A stretch of DNA of 64,000 bases, taken from contig CM097883.1 of NCBI GenBank assembly GCA_044892505.1, forward strand, positions 155,124,001-155,188,000, read 5' to 3'. Within the stretch, counting starts at the first letter, position 1; the number at the start of each line of letters is the position of its first letter. Under the pieces are notes generated by a model. The model did not search any database, was not told the origin of the DNA, and saw only the letters and a program-made list of their open reading frames with translations. Below are positions 33,577-43,718 of the stretch, piece by piece. The translations under genes were made by a program, and so were the position numbers. The DNA is from Schmidtea nova (taxonomy: Eukaryota).

Positions 33577-35499
33577 CTATACTATCATCACTGCTTTTTC
33601 ATCGTGTCGCTCCTCGTCTTCTGTCTGTAAAAATGCTTCTCGGGGTAGTTTCGTCATCCCCGGAATCGTCTTGTTTACTTTATTAATTAATACTCCCACT
33701 TCCTCTTTTTCATCATATTCAAATCGAAATACATGATCGTTTGGCATGACTACCAACATCCCTTTTTGTTTAATAACTTCTTCGTTTTCTTGTACTATTT
33801 CTTTTTGGTTTTCTTCATCTTCCGGATTTGGGTTTATCTGGTTTGTTTCTGGTTCAATATCTTCCTTGTTATCTCTTGTTTGATTTGTTGCTCTCATCAT
33901 ATTAATTCTCAATGGTTGTCGTTCTCTTTCTTGTCGTTTCTGTTCGTCTTCTCTTTGTATTCTTGCCCATTCTTCAGCATGTCGTGCTTGACTTTCTCGA
34001 TTTAGTCGTTCATTTTCACTTTCCACTTTTCTCATCATATTCATTTGTTGTTGATTCGTTTGTTGGTTTCCTCTCGGTGTATTGTTTATTAATTCTGTTA
34101 ATCTTTGAACTTCTTGTAATAAATGTATTTCTTTGGTGGTACTTTTATTCTGGTTATAATTACTCTGTTGATTTTCAAAATTCTGACGGTTTCCGTTACT
34201 CTGTTGATTCGTATAATTTTGTCGATTTCCGTTGTTCGACCAATTCCTTTGCTGGTTGTTTTGTTGTTGGCAGTTCCTTGCCATATGACCTGATTGTCCA
34301 CAGTTATAACATGATCTTTGGTAACATCTATTCTCTGCATGTCCTTTTCTTCCACACTTTTTACAATTTAAATTCGCGAAACATTCTTGTTGCCAATGTC
34401 CTAACTTTCCACAGGTTTGACATTGCTTTGTCTGTCCTTGCGTACTATAATTATTTTGGTTTCTGTAATTTTGTATTTTGTTTCCTTCATTTCTCCTTTG
34501 AGGCGGTGGTCGGTTTAATTGTTGTGAATTCGGAATATGGTTATTTATCTTCATTGCTTGTTCATTTTGTGTCGTATCCATTGCTAGGTAAATTCTTCCT
34601 TCACTTCCGATCATATGTAATTCGAATCTGTTGGCAATTTCCAACGCTTCATCTATTGTTTTACAACCTTGGCATCCAACTTGTGCTCTAATATCGGGTC
34701 TTCTCAATCCTCCCACAAAAATTGCTGCCATTAATTCTGAACTCATTGGACTATTTTGATTAAATGCTAATTTAGCCAATTTCTTTAATTCACTTGCATA
34801 TACTGCATTTGATTCATTAACTTTTTGTTTCCTCATTGAAAATTCTGTAAATGCTTCATTTAATACTTTATTTATTCCAAACGTTTGCTGGAAAAAATTC
34901 TTTATCTTTTCCCAACTATCGAGTTGATCATCTGAATTTTTAGCTTCCAAATATAAATCTAACGCACTGTCTTTTAAATATAACTGAATTCTGCTTCTTA
35001 TCGTTTCTGGTTTCCATTTACATACTTCTACAAATATACCAAATTCTTTTAAAAACGTTTCTAACTTGCTGGCATCTCCATTGAATGGTTCTCCAGTAAA
35101 TTTATCTTTGATTTCTTCTTTATGTTCGTTCATTTCGATTCCGCTGTCTTGTGTCGTTTTACTCTCGTTTCCTCTTGTTTCACTAGTATGCTCGTTATTC
35201 GTTTCGTTTGAATTATTATCAATTTCTGCTTCTACTTCTTCTGTATTTATTGACTCGTTATCTGATGCTTCCGTATTATTATAATTATCGTAGGTTTCAC
35301 TTGAACTTTCTTCTGTTTCACTTTCGTTAGTTTTTGTTAATTTACTGTTTTCGATTTTTGACTTTTCTACTATTACTCTTCTTGATTTACTTCCTTTAGG
35401 ATTTGTTTTCTTTGTAACACTGGTTGCTCTTTGTTTCGATTTACTTCTCTGGGAGTTATCAACTTTTTCGATTGTAGCACTAACTGCTCTTGATCTCAA
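33577..35499 (-). CDS. gag: Gag with Ty3-type capsid region and three CCHC zinc knuckles; true N-terminus probably extends to an acceptor at 35646 across a 1-nt frameshift
   Basis: FNGDASKLETFLKEF..W..LYLKDSALDLY; CQTCGKLGHWQQEC, CKKCGRKGHAENRC, CYNCGQSGHMARNC. Confidence 0.9.
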   Translation of the reverse strand: MRSRAVSATIEKVDNSQRSKSKQRATSVTKKTNPKGSKSRRVIVEKSKIENSKLTKTNESETEESSSETYDNYNNTEASDNESINTEEVEAEIDNNSNETNNEHTSETRGNESKTTQDSGIEMNEHKEEIKDKFTGEPFNGDASKLETFLKEFGIFVEVCKWKPETIRSRIQLYLKDSALDLYLEAKNSDDQLDSWEKIKNFFQQTFGINKVLNEAFTEFSMRKQKVNESNAVYASELKKLAKLAFNQNSPMSSELMAAIFVGGLRRPDIRAQVGCQGCKTIDEALEIANRFELHMIGSEGRIYLAMDTTQNEQAMKINNHIPNSQQLNRPPPQRRNEGNKIQNYRNQNNYSTQGQTKQCQTCGKLGHWQQECFANLNCKKCGRKGHAENRCYQRSCYNCGQSGHMARNCQQQNNQQRNWSNNGNRQNYTNQQSNGNRQNFENQQSNYNQNKSTTKEIHLLQEVQRLTELINNTPRGNQQTNQQQMNMMRKVESENERLNRESQARHAEEWARIQREDEQKRQERERQPLRINMMRATNQTRDNKEDIEPETNQINPNPEDEENQKEIVQENEEVIKQKGMLVVMPNDHVFRFEYDEKEEVGVLINKVNKTIPGMTKLPREAFLQTEDEERHDEKAVMIV

Positions 35500-36247
35500 T
35501 TTATTTCTTTGTGAATTATTAACTTCTTGGTTTTTAACTGTTCTTGATCTCGGTTTACTTTTCTTTAATTTATCAATTTTTCTGTTTCTCTGTTATCGTA
35601 TTCTGATTGATTGGTTGGTTGTTTTGACTTGTTCTGTTCCGTATATCTAAATTAAAAAGTCACTTCAACGATACATCATTGTTATCGTTGCGCTTTTATT
35701 CCTCATTATTGGGTTTCCATTGTTTCCCCATTCCCGGTTTCCCCTTTATTTAAGTCTATTTAAATTATCTATTCACTGGTAACAATTATCTATATGGTCG
35801 TAATAATTATCTATCGTTATCAAATAAATTCATTACTTTTCCCTCAGTCTCCAAATTTAATTTGTCGCTCAAACGCTTTAATTCCCTTGAGTTCTCCTGA
35901 CTCAATTATCATTTTATCACTATTTACTATATCATCGTTACTCATTATTCCCACTATTGGTCATCTCTAATTTCTCATCATTACTCACTATTCTCACTAT
36001 TTCTACCGGTTTTTACGGTCAACTCTAATTTCTCCTATTCTTATTTCTACTCGTATGCATACTGAATCTCTAGTTTACCTAATCATCTTTACTTTTATTA
36101 CTCAAACTCTAATATTCACTATTCTTACTTCGTCGACGACTACAACTCTAGGTTCATATTCCTTTCGTTGCTTATCCGGATAATTTATACAACTCTAGGT
36201 TCATATTCCTTTCGTTGTCATTTAATTTCACACAATTGCAAACCTGG

Positions 36248-36664
36248 GTTCAAATTCCTTAGGTTGCCTATAATCATGAGTTCATATTCTCATGTTACTA
36301 TTATTCACTGCAATCATAAGTTCACATTCTTATGTTGCCTACAATCATGAGTTCATATTCTCATGTTACTATTATTCACTGCAATCATAGGTTCAAATTC
36401 TTATGTTGCCTACAATCATGAGTTCATATTCTCATGTTGCTATTATTCACTGCAATCATAGGTTCAAATTCTTATGTTGCCTACAATCATGAGTTCATAT
36501 TCTCATGTTGCTATTATTCACTGCAATCATAGGTTCAAATTCTTATGTTGCCTACAATCATGAGTTCATATTCTCATGTTGCTATTATTCACTGCAATCA
36601 TAGGTTCAAATTCTTATGTTGCCTACAATCATGAGTTCATATTCTCATGTTGCTATTATTCACT
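36248..36664. repeat. Tandem array of ~6 x 71-bp units, each made of two related subunits
   Basis: The unit start GTTCA(A/C)ATTC recurs at 36248, 36320, 36391, 36462, 36533 and 36604. Confidence 0.95.
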
Positions 36665-37009
36665 GTTATCATATTAACTCTTATTCTCTTTATTTCTTAC
36701 TGATCAGTTTTATATTCTCTCTTTTTATTTATTTTTTCTGCGCGCACTTAAACCTCATTAGATTGTCCCTACCTTTCACCCCAACCAAAATATACAAAAA
36801 GATCGCATTGGTCTACTAATGCAAGATGTGGTGATCAGTCACATCACAAAAGCTTTCCAATTTCCGCGATGGGCCCCTTTCTATACATCTCGGGTAAGTT
36901 GATCAGTTGGTTCCTCCCAATGGGTGCTTAACGGACTACTCGTGAGCAGCTCAAAAATTATTTATACATATCAATTGTTATTATGATTTCTGTCATTGCC
37001 ATTATCAAC

Positions 37010-37210
37010 TCTCATTTTAAATTCTCATTATTAACTCTCATTATCAATTATCATATTAATTCTCATTATGAATTCTCATATTAATTCCTATTAAGAATTC
37101 CCATATCAACTCTCATTATGAATTCTCATATTAATTCTCATTATGCATTATCATATTAATTCCCATTATGAATTATCATATTAATTCTCATTATCAATTC
37201 TCATATTTTA
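37010..37210. repeat. Degenerate short-period tandem repeat (ATTCTCATTATGA/ATTCTCATATTA-like)
   Basis: Read directly. Confidence 0.7.
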
Positions 37211-37249
37211 TTTATTACGAATAATATTACTAAATTCACCATTTATTTA

Positions 37250-37711
37250 TTATAAATACACAGTAATTCTTTCGTCTATTTCGAGATTGCACATCGGGCA
37301 TTTGTCGCAGTTGGCTGCACAGATTCCACAAAACCGAAAATGTCCAAAAGGTAAAAACATGATTTTATTCTCTCTTTCTCGACATATGTAACAGAGTTTA
37401 AATTTCTTAGCTGTCTCAGTTCCTTGTATCGTCCACTTGTGGTATGTTGGAGTTAATTGTTGTTCTAGCTGTCTGCATTTTATGTTTACATCAGCATTTT
37501 CTAATCTCGTTCGGTACCACTTGTATCTAGTTGTTATATCTATTTTGTCTACTCTTTCCATTATTTTTATCAGCTCTGTTGTCTCTTCAGTTTGTGTCAT
37601 GGGTTCTTTGAATCCGGATTCTCTTATTCGACTTATTTTCTCGCATAATTCGTCATATGTTTTGTTTTCCGTGTTTAGAAATTCTTCCGTTTCTTTTACT
37701 TTTTCGTTCAT
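37250..37711 (-). CDS. 153-aa protein with a C-terminal IAP-type RING finger (third Cys replaced by Phe), no BIR domain
   Basis: LCYICRERENKIMFLPFGHFRFCGICAANCDKCPMCNLEIDERITVYL* matches the IAP C-terminal pattern C..C....F.PCGH...C..CA....CP.CR..I....V(Y/F). Confidence 0.85.
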   Translation of the reverse strand: MNEKVKETEEFLNTENKTYDELCEKISRIRESGFKEPMTQTEETTELIKIMERVDKIDITTRYKWYRTRLENADVNIKCRQLEQQLTPTYHKWTIQGTETAKKFKLCYICRERENKIMFLPFGHFRFCGICAANCDKCPMCNLEIDERITVYL

Positions 37712-38081
37712 TGCTAAATAATTGATATTGTTAATATGTTTGTTGTTTTATTTGTTATTCAAAATTAAAGATTTCAACATCTTGTTTCTCTATTTGCTCG
37801 ATTTGTATCATTTAAAAGTAGTGGTACATTTCGTTTTCTGATGTTAAACCTCTCCCTGTTTCATCAAATTGTCGTCCCGACATATTTATTTATGTTTATT
37901 TATTTTATTTTAATATCAATTATTAATCATCTGTTGTTATAGTTATTCAATCATTGTTTTTCAAAATTCTCTGTTGATATTGTTTTTCACTTTTACAAAA
38001 TTCACTTATATTATTGGCTGAGGGGCATTTTAAAACTCCTGGTTATTATTGGATTCAATTTTTCGCACAAAAACCATTTTG

Positions 38082-38099
38082 ATCCCGGCTGAGCCCCCA
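38082..38099 (-). promoter_or_regulatory. Primer-binding site, tRNA-Pro
   Basis: TGGGGGCTCAGCCGGGAT vs the canonical Pro PBS TGGGGGCTCGTCCGGGAT (16/18), 9 nt from the LTR. Confidence 0.85.
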
Positions 38100-38108
38100 A
38101 ATTTATGT

Positions 38109-40974
38109 TGTCGGTTCTGGATTGGGTTAAAACAAAAATAGTAAATTAAACAAAACGCTCTAGGGATTCCTCCATCCAAGACCTAACATAAAAGGCTTAC
38201 ATATCACACGAGCACCCTCGATCATTTCCCTGTAATAATAGAGTTGGAAATGTGCAAGGTGTTTGAACAATGATGGGCAGGTGAGCTCTATTGCTAAAAC
38301 TACTCCCCATTTATGTTCACGGGTTCGTCTCGCTGCCGATAGAAGGACTTACGCTTTAACTTTAATCTATCCGCCTCCATTATCTTTCATTTTAATGTTT
38401 CTTTTAGCCCCCTTTCTTTACAATATTTTTCAACTTTCAACTTTTGTTTCAGCCCCTTTCTTTACAATATCTTTCAACTCTCAACTTTTCTTTCAGCCCC
38501 CTTCTTTACAATATCAACAAATAATCTCTAATCAATTACAATTTATTATCTCTTTAATGTTTCTATTGTTTATTAGATTTATGTTAATCTTATTGTTAAT
38601 TCTAATGTATAGTTAATTTATTCTATATTTTCCTTTAAATTATTTTAAATTTTTAATAAATCACATTATTTTCTATACTTTACCATAAAATAAATACAAA
38701 CAAAAATTATTTAATAAGCAAAATTCACAAATCACAAAATTTCTAATCAAAATATTTAATAATGTCTTCATCCGATATTGCAAAGTTCATGGTTAGATCA
38801 ATCTCGGGAATTTCTTTTGATTGTTGTGCCAATTGCTGGAGAACTTGTTTCTTCCAGCGACGCTGGCGTGCTCCCATCTTGCTCTTCTTCTTCCTTTTAC
38901 CTTCTGGATTTGTCGTGTTCTTTGGTGTACTTGCTGCTATTGTTATTGCACGAACCTGAGATGGTTCCTCGGTGTTTGTTCCTTTTGTGCATCCTGCTTT
39001 CTCGTCAGCCCAATGCTGATAAGTGATTGGTCGAATGAGCTGGCTGAGCTCCTGAGTTAAATACGATGCCGTTACAGATTTTAGACATTTCTTTAGTTCC
39101 ATCTTCGTCGCGTCCAATTCCATTTGGATCTCCTCGTTGGCTCGCTGTGAGCGTTGATTTTTTATGATTTGTGTTTTCATCTGCTCTGGACTGAACCAGC
39201 TTTTCTTCAGGTTTGAGATTATGCCATCGGCTTCTTTTATTTTTTCCGATTTCCGTAACATTTCTTTTTCCAGGCTGCGAATTATCCTCCATGCTTTATC
39301 CAATTCGGCTTGATTAGTTGCTGTGTTGGCTGACATTCTCTAAAATTCAAGATGGTTTATTAACATGAAATTTGTAGTCTTGATTCGAACGATTCTCATA
39401 CTTTTGACAGTTATTAATTGTTAATTCAGGAAGAGAAAATGATTTACCTATTACACTTTCAACACTGTCGCTATGTACAGCGATCAGATACATTTATTTC
39501 ATAATATATTTTATTTATTCACGCCTGTGCTATATACAGCATTCAGGTTACCAAATTATTTAAATAAACTAAGATCCACTGCCCTATGTACAGGGTTCAG
39601 GATAAGCCATTATATTTAATTATTTATGTGGAATGTTTGAACCTATAGCCTATTGCTGCTATGTTACTTGCGTAGTAGATCACTACGTTATTAGAGTTAT
39701 CGATTTTTATATTGTTATTAAAAAATATATTTTGTACAAATGCTTAACCGTGTATCTGCCGCTCTATGCCCACAAACCCCAGATGTGACAATCGAAAAAT
39801 ATAGGTGAACACTCGGTGAATCTCAAGGTAAAATCAGATTAATAAAATCACAGCTATATCTGTCTCAAACTAAAATCAAACTCAACCCAACTATAAACTT
39901 ATAAAATCAATTCGGTTATAAAATAAAAACTTCAACTGGCTATACTCCAGTGAAAAATAAGGTTAGAAATCAAAAAATAAAAATTCCTACCCTCTTCACG
40001 GCGCTTTACACCGGTCGGACGGCCCAACTGTACGGAGCAGTCGTTTCTACTCGGCACAGTATGCCTCCATTTCACCGATTGCACGGTGATCGGAGCCCCT
40101 TAAATCATACGTAATTTTCTACTATAACTACGGTATATAAATAATATATATTCGCCTCCTTCCACTGATTGCACAGTGGAAGAAGCTCGACCCAAAAATA
40201 TTCATAAAAGAATGTATACTTATACGTATTTGTTAGCATTCTACCATAAGGTTGTCTCCTTCCACTGATTTCACAGTGGAAGAAGCTTAATAAAATATAA
40301 ATAGGTATATAGATATCTTTGTCTCCTTCCACCGATTTCACGGTGGAAGAAGCTTGAATACTTCTAAATTCAAAGAAAAGAATAAATCCTAGATAATATT
40401 TCATAAAGTTTATTGATAATCAAATAATGGCTAACAGAAATCATAAAACAATAGTAACAAAATTATCAAAAATTCAAAAATCCATACCTGTTAGTTTTTT
40501 CAATAAAATTGTCTCACAAAAGTTGTCAATAACAAAATGTTGAAAAATATCATACATTGAATTTAACTGAATCTGGATCAGTATTTATACTGACCAGATC
40601 AGATGCTGAACCAATCAGCGTGAAGCTGATTATCAGATCAGCACAAATAATAAATTTTATTAACGTTAAAATCAATTGATTTTGTTGTCAATTGCTAGCA
40701 ATTTGCTATTTTGATTTTTATTATTTTTTGTAATTCTACTTATTTGCTTTACTTTCTTTTTTATTTAAATATAATTAAATATCATCTTTCTTTAACACTT
40801 TTACATTTTCCATTTACTTTCTTCTAATTTTGATATTAAATTAATATTCTTTATTACATTTTAATTCGTTTTTTACTGATATTTCTCGTAATTATATTCA
40901 TTTAATTTGTTCCTATTTTTTTCTTATTATTCTTATTATTTATGCTAAATGTGGACCAAATGGTGGATCCAACA
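38109..40974 (-). repeat. 5' LTR of element B (2866 bp)
   Basis: Direct repeat of 26769-29632, adjacent to the PBS. Confidence 0.97.
38743..39336 (-). CDS. LTR-encoded 197-aa LIRP-family protein, 5' LTR copy
   Basis: One residue differs from the 27402-27995 copy (ITK vs IIK). Confidence 0.8.
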   Translation of the reverse strand: MSANTATNQAELDKAWRIIRSLEKEMLRKSEKIKEADGIISNLKKSWFSPEQMKTQIIKNQRSQRANEEIQMELDATKMELKKCLKSVTASYLTQELSQLIRPITYQHWADEKAGCTKGTNTEEPSQVRAITIAASTPKNTTNPEGKRKKKSKMGARQRRWKKQVLQQLAQQSKEIPEIDLTMNFAISDEDIIKYFD

Positions 40975-42488
40975 ATTCTCTAAATGGGTTTTCTCGAATG
41001 TCGTCCCTCCTCTGGAAGTATAAATTCAATCTCAACTCTGGGGTATACGAAATGATGGTTTTCCACACAATCTTCAGGAAATGCCCCGCTTACTCTAACG
41101 CTGGTCATTTAGCCAGAAGTGTGATGATTGATGTTCACCCAAAAAATTTATAAAATCGGGAGTGCCCTGACACGGCCGCCGGACATTCTCTGTTCAACTC
41201 AACGTTCCTCAGATCCTACAGCAATCCCTATCTTTGTCCCACACTCAGAAGTGTGAACAAAAGAGCGAAATTACTGGAGAGCCAACAGTCCCTAGGATTG
41301 TCCAGACCCTCTGGTCGGTTAATATAAATTAATATTAAAAACAACACGAATTAGATTTAAAAATTTTTCAAAGTAATACAAAACTACTTACAAACAGTTT
41401 CCGGTTAATGATCAAATCCAAAAAAAATTTGGTTGCAAGATTTGGTCTCATTCGAGTGTTGAATGACTTCGAAATTATATGTCGCTAAAATGCTGCTTAG
41501 AAAAACTAATTAATGTATAATTAACGGGAAAATGCTAATCCGACTGACTTGAGCACTTTTTATATACAGTTTTTGCGCTAAAACAGCTAATGAAAATCGT
41601 TTTAGCCTTTAATTGACCAAAATAAATCGATTTTTTAATATTTTTATTTATTTGCATTTTTCTTAATTAATTTTCATTCCCTTTTGTTAATATTCCTGTT
41701 TAATTGTTATTTAATTAATTGAATTCCTATTTTTATACTTTTCCTCTTACTTCGTATTTTATTTCAGCTTTCTTTTTTTATTTCTTGTTTTAATCTTTGT
41801 ATTTTTGTTGTTATTATTCTCTTTTATCCTTTGCTAGTTTGTTTTTATTGTTTAATTATTGTTTTTTTCCTAATTATTATGTTATTTTGTGACTATTTCT
41901 GTGTTTTTGCTAACCCAACAAAATTGAATGGCTCAACAGTCTCCTTTAAAAATCACTGTGTAGGGACAGTTGGGGTGCTTGCTATATAAATGACTGTATG
42001 TGTGCGTGTGAATGTAAACAACTAACAAATAATTATAACCACAAAAAACAATTTTAATAATAACAACTTTTATTTGATTAAAGAAAAATGAAAAAGTAAC
42101 CAGTACTCACAATTTTATCGAATAATAATTTTGTTAGTTTTTTATTTCTTTTAGCTTCTATCGCTATAGATATTTTATCTTCCTTTTTAGATTTTCGTCG
42201 TATTGTTAGGCTTTTTTAAATATGAATCTTCAATCAATTCTTCTTGTATAGAAATCCCTTCCTCTATCTTTTTTCAGTAGGAAATAGAAATTTCTCTTAG
42301 TTAGTATTTTTCCTTAATCTTCCAAATCAATTTTTCAATTCTTGCTGTTGTTAGATTCTTTTTATTTTATTTAATCTAATTGTCATGAACAATTGATTTT
42401 TATTTTTTAATTTAATTTTTTATATTTATTTAAATTTCTATTATCCTCAAGGCATAATTGCCGCAAGGACGCCCTTACTAGTAATAAC

Positions 42489-42656
42489 NNNNNNNNNNNN
42501 NNNNNNNNNNNNNNNNNNNNNNNNNNNNNNNNNNNNNNNNNNNNNNNNNNNNNNNNNNNNNNNNNNNNNNNNNNNNNNNNNNNNNNNNNNNNNNNNNNNN
42601 NNNNNNNNNNNNNNNNNNNNNNNNNNNNNNNNNNNNNNNNNNNNNNNNNNNNNNNN
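42489..42656. other. Assembly gap (168 N)
   Basis: Run of N. Confidence 1.
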
Positions 42657-42904
42657 GTATGTATTGACTTTTTAATGTTTGTTTGTTAGTCTATTTTTTG
42701 TAGTGTAAAAGGAATGGAAGTGCCCGAGAGAGTCTGACGTTAATAATGTGCCGACACTCGGGGTGTATGCTGTGTCGTGAGAGTACAATAATAATAAATC
42801 AAATAATAAAATAAACTAATAAAATATATTAATATCAAACAAGTAATGTAAAGTCTAACTATAAAACCACGATAAATTACTTGTATTGGATTGTTTGGGT
42901 TAAA

Positions 42905-43058
42905 AATAGTTGTTGAGTTAGGCAAATAGGGAGTTTCTTTGAAAGTTTCTTTATTGGACAAAATAGTTGTTGTGTTAGGCAAATAGGGAATTTCTTTGAA
43001 AGTTTCTTTATTGGACAAAATAGTTGTTGTGTTAGGCAAATAGGGAGTTTCTTTGAAA
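42905..43058. repeat. 57-bp tandem repeat, ~2.7 copies
   Basis: AATAGTTG recurs at 42905, 42962 and 43019. Confidence 0.9.
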
Positions 43059-43457
43059 ATTTAATAGTTCTTCTTTATAAATTGGATTCGCTGTATTCGG
43101 TAATTTATTTCTAAGTTTAATTCTCTGTATTCGGTAATTTATTTCTCGGTTTAATTCTCTATTTGTAATAGTCTTCATAATTTTTAATTTCCTTTTTGGC
43201 GTTTAATATTTTTCTAATTTATTATTTTCGATCTATTTTTTTTAATTGTCAATTTGGCTTACTATAGTTTTTGCTATAGCAAGCCAAATTTGAAATTTAA
43301 ATAATAATAATAACAACAACAAAAACAAATATCACCACTCACAAGAAAAAGGGGGGCCCCCGGTGACCGCAAAGGCACCGTCCATAACAATGACGGCGCT
43401 TACACCAACATACGCGAATATCACTAATCATGAAATAAATTAGACAATAAAACATTC

Positions 43458-43460
<3 letters not shown>

Positions 43461-43523
<63 letters not shown>
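43461..43523. repeat. (TA)n microsatellite (a second one at ~43684-43715)
   Basis: Read directly. Confidence 0.98.
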
Positions 43524-43525
<2 letters not shown>

Positions 43526-43527
<2 letters not shown>

Positions 43528-43680
43528 TGTAAACGTGGTTTTACGCCAGGGTTCCGTTCCAAGAGACATCTGCGTAAAAAAATCAGCGTAAAATGAACAC
43601 AAATATAATAGACGATTTAAGGTTAGGTTCCATTTTAAAATTCTAAGAACAATCAATACATTTATTTTTACATATATTTA

Positions 43681-43718
<38 letters not shown>

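Larger units (their letters stand above)
26769..40974 (-). mobile_element. Complete non-autonomous giant LTR element ('element B', 14.2 kb): Gag plus cargo, no pol
   Basis: TG...CA LTRs of 2864 and 2866 bp with only a handful of differences; 4-bp TSD ATTC (26765-26768 / 40975-40978); tRNA-Pro PBS. No PR, RT, RH or IN motif in any internal ORF. Confidence 0.95.
24855..42488 (-). mobile_element. 'LTR-C' (~3.4 kb net: 24855-26768 + 40979-42488), probably a solo LTR, interrupted by the 14.2-kb element; right end falls at the assembly gap
   Basis: Left end TGTTGGCG; shared CAGGTGAGCTC block; two LTR ORFs; TATA+TCAGT at 41543-41566 closely matches that of LTR-A. Confidence 0.6.

Noticed and set aside
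14965-43410. One 28-kb element bounded by TGTTGGTGT...ACACCAACA
   Set aside because: The flanks (TTCC vs TACG) give no TSD, and the internal LTR-like regions are too divergent to be a pair.
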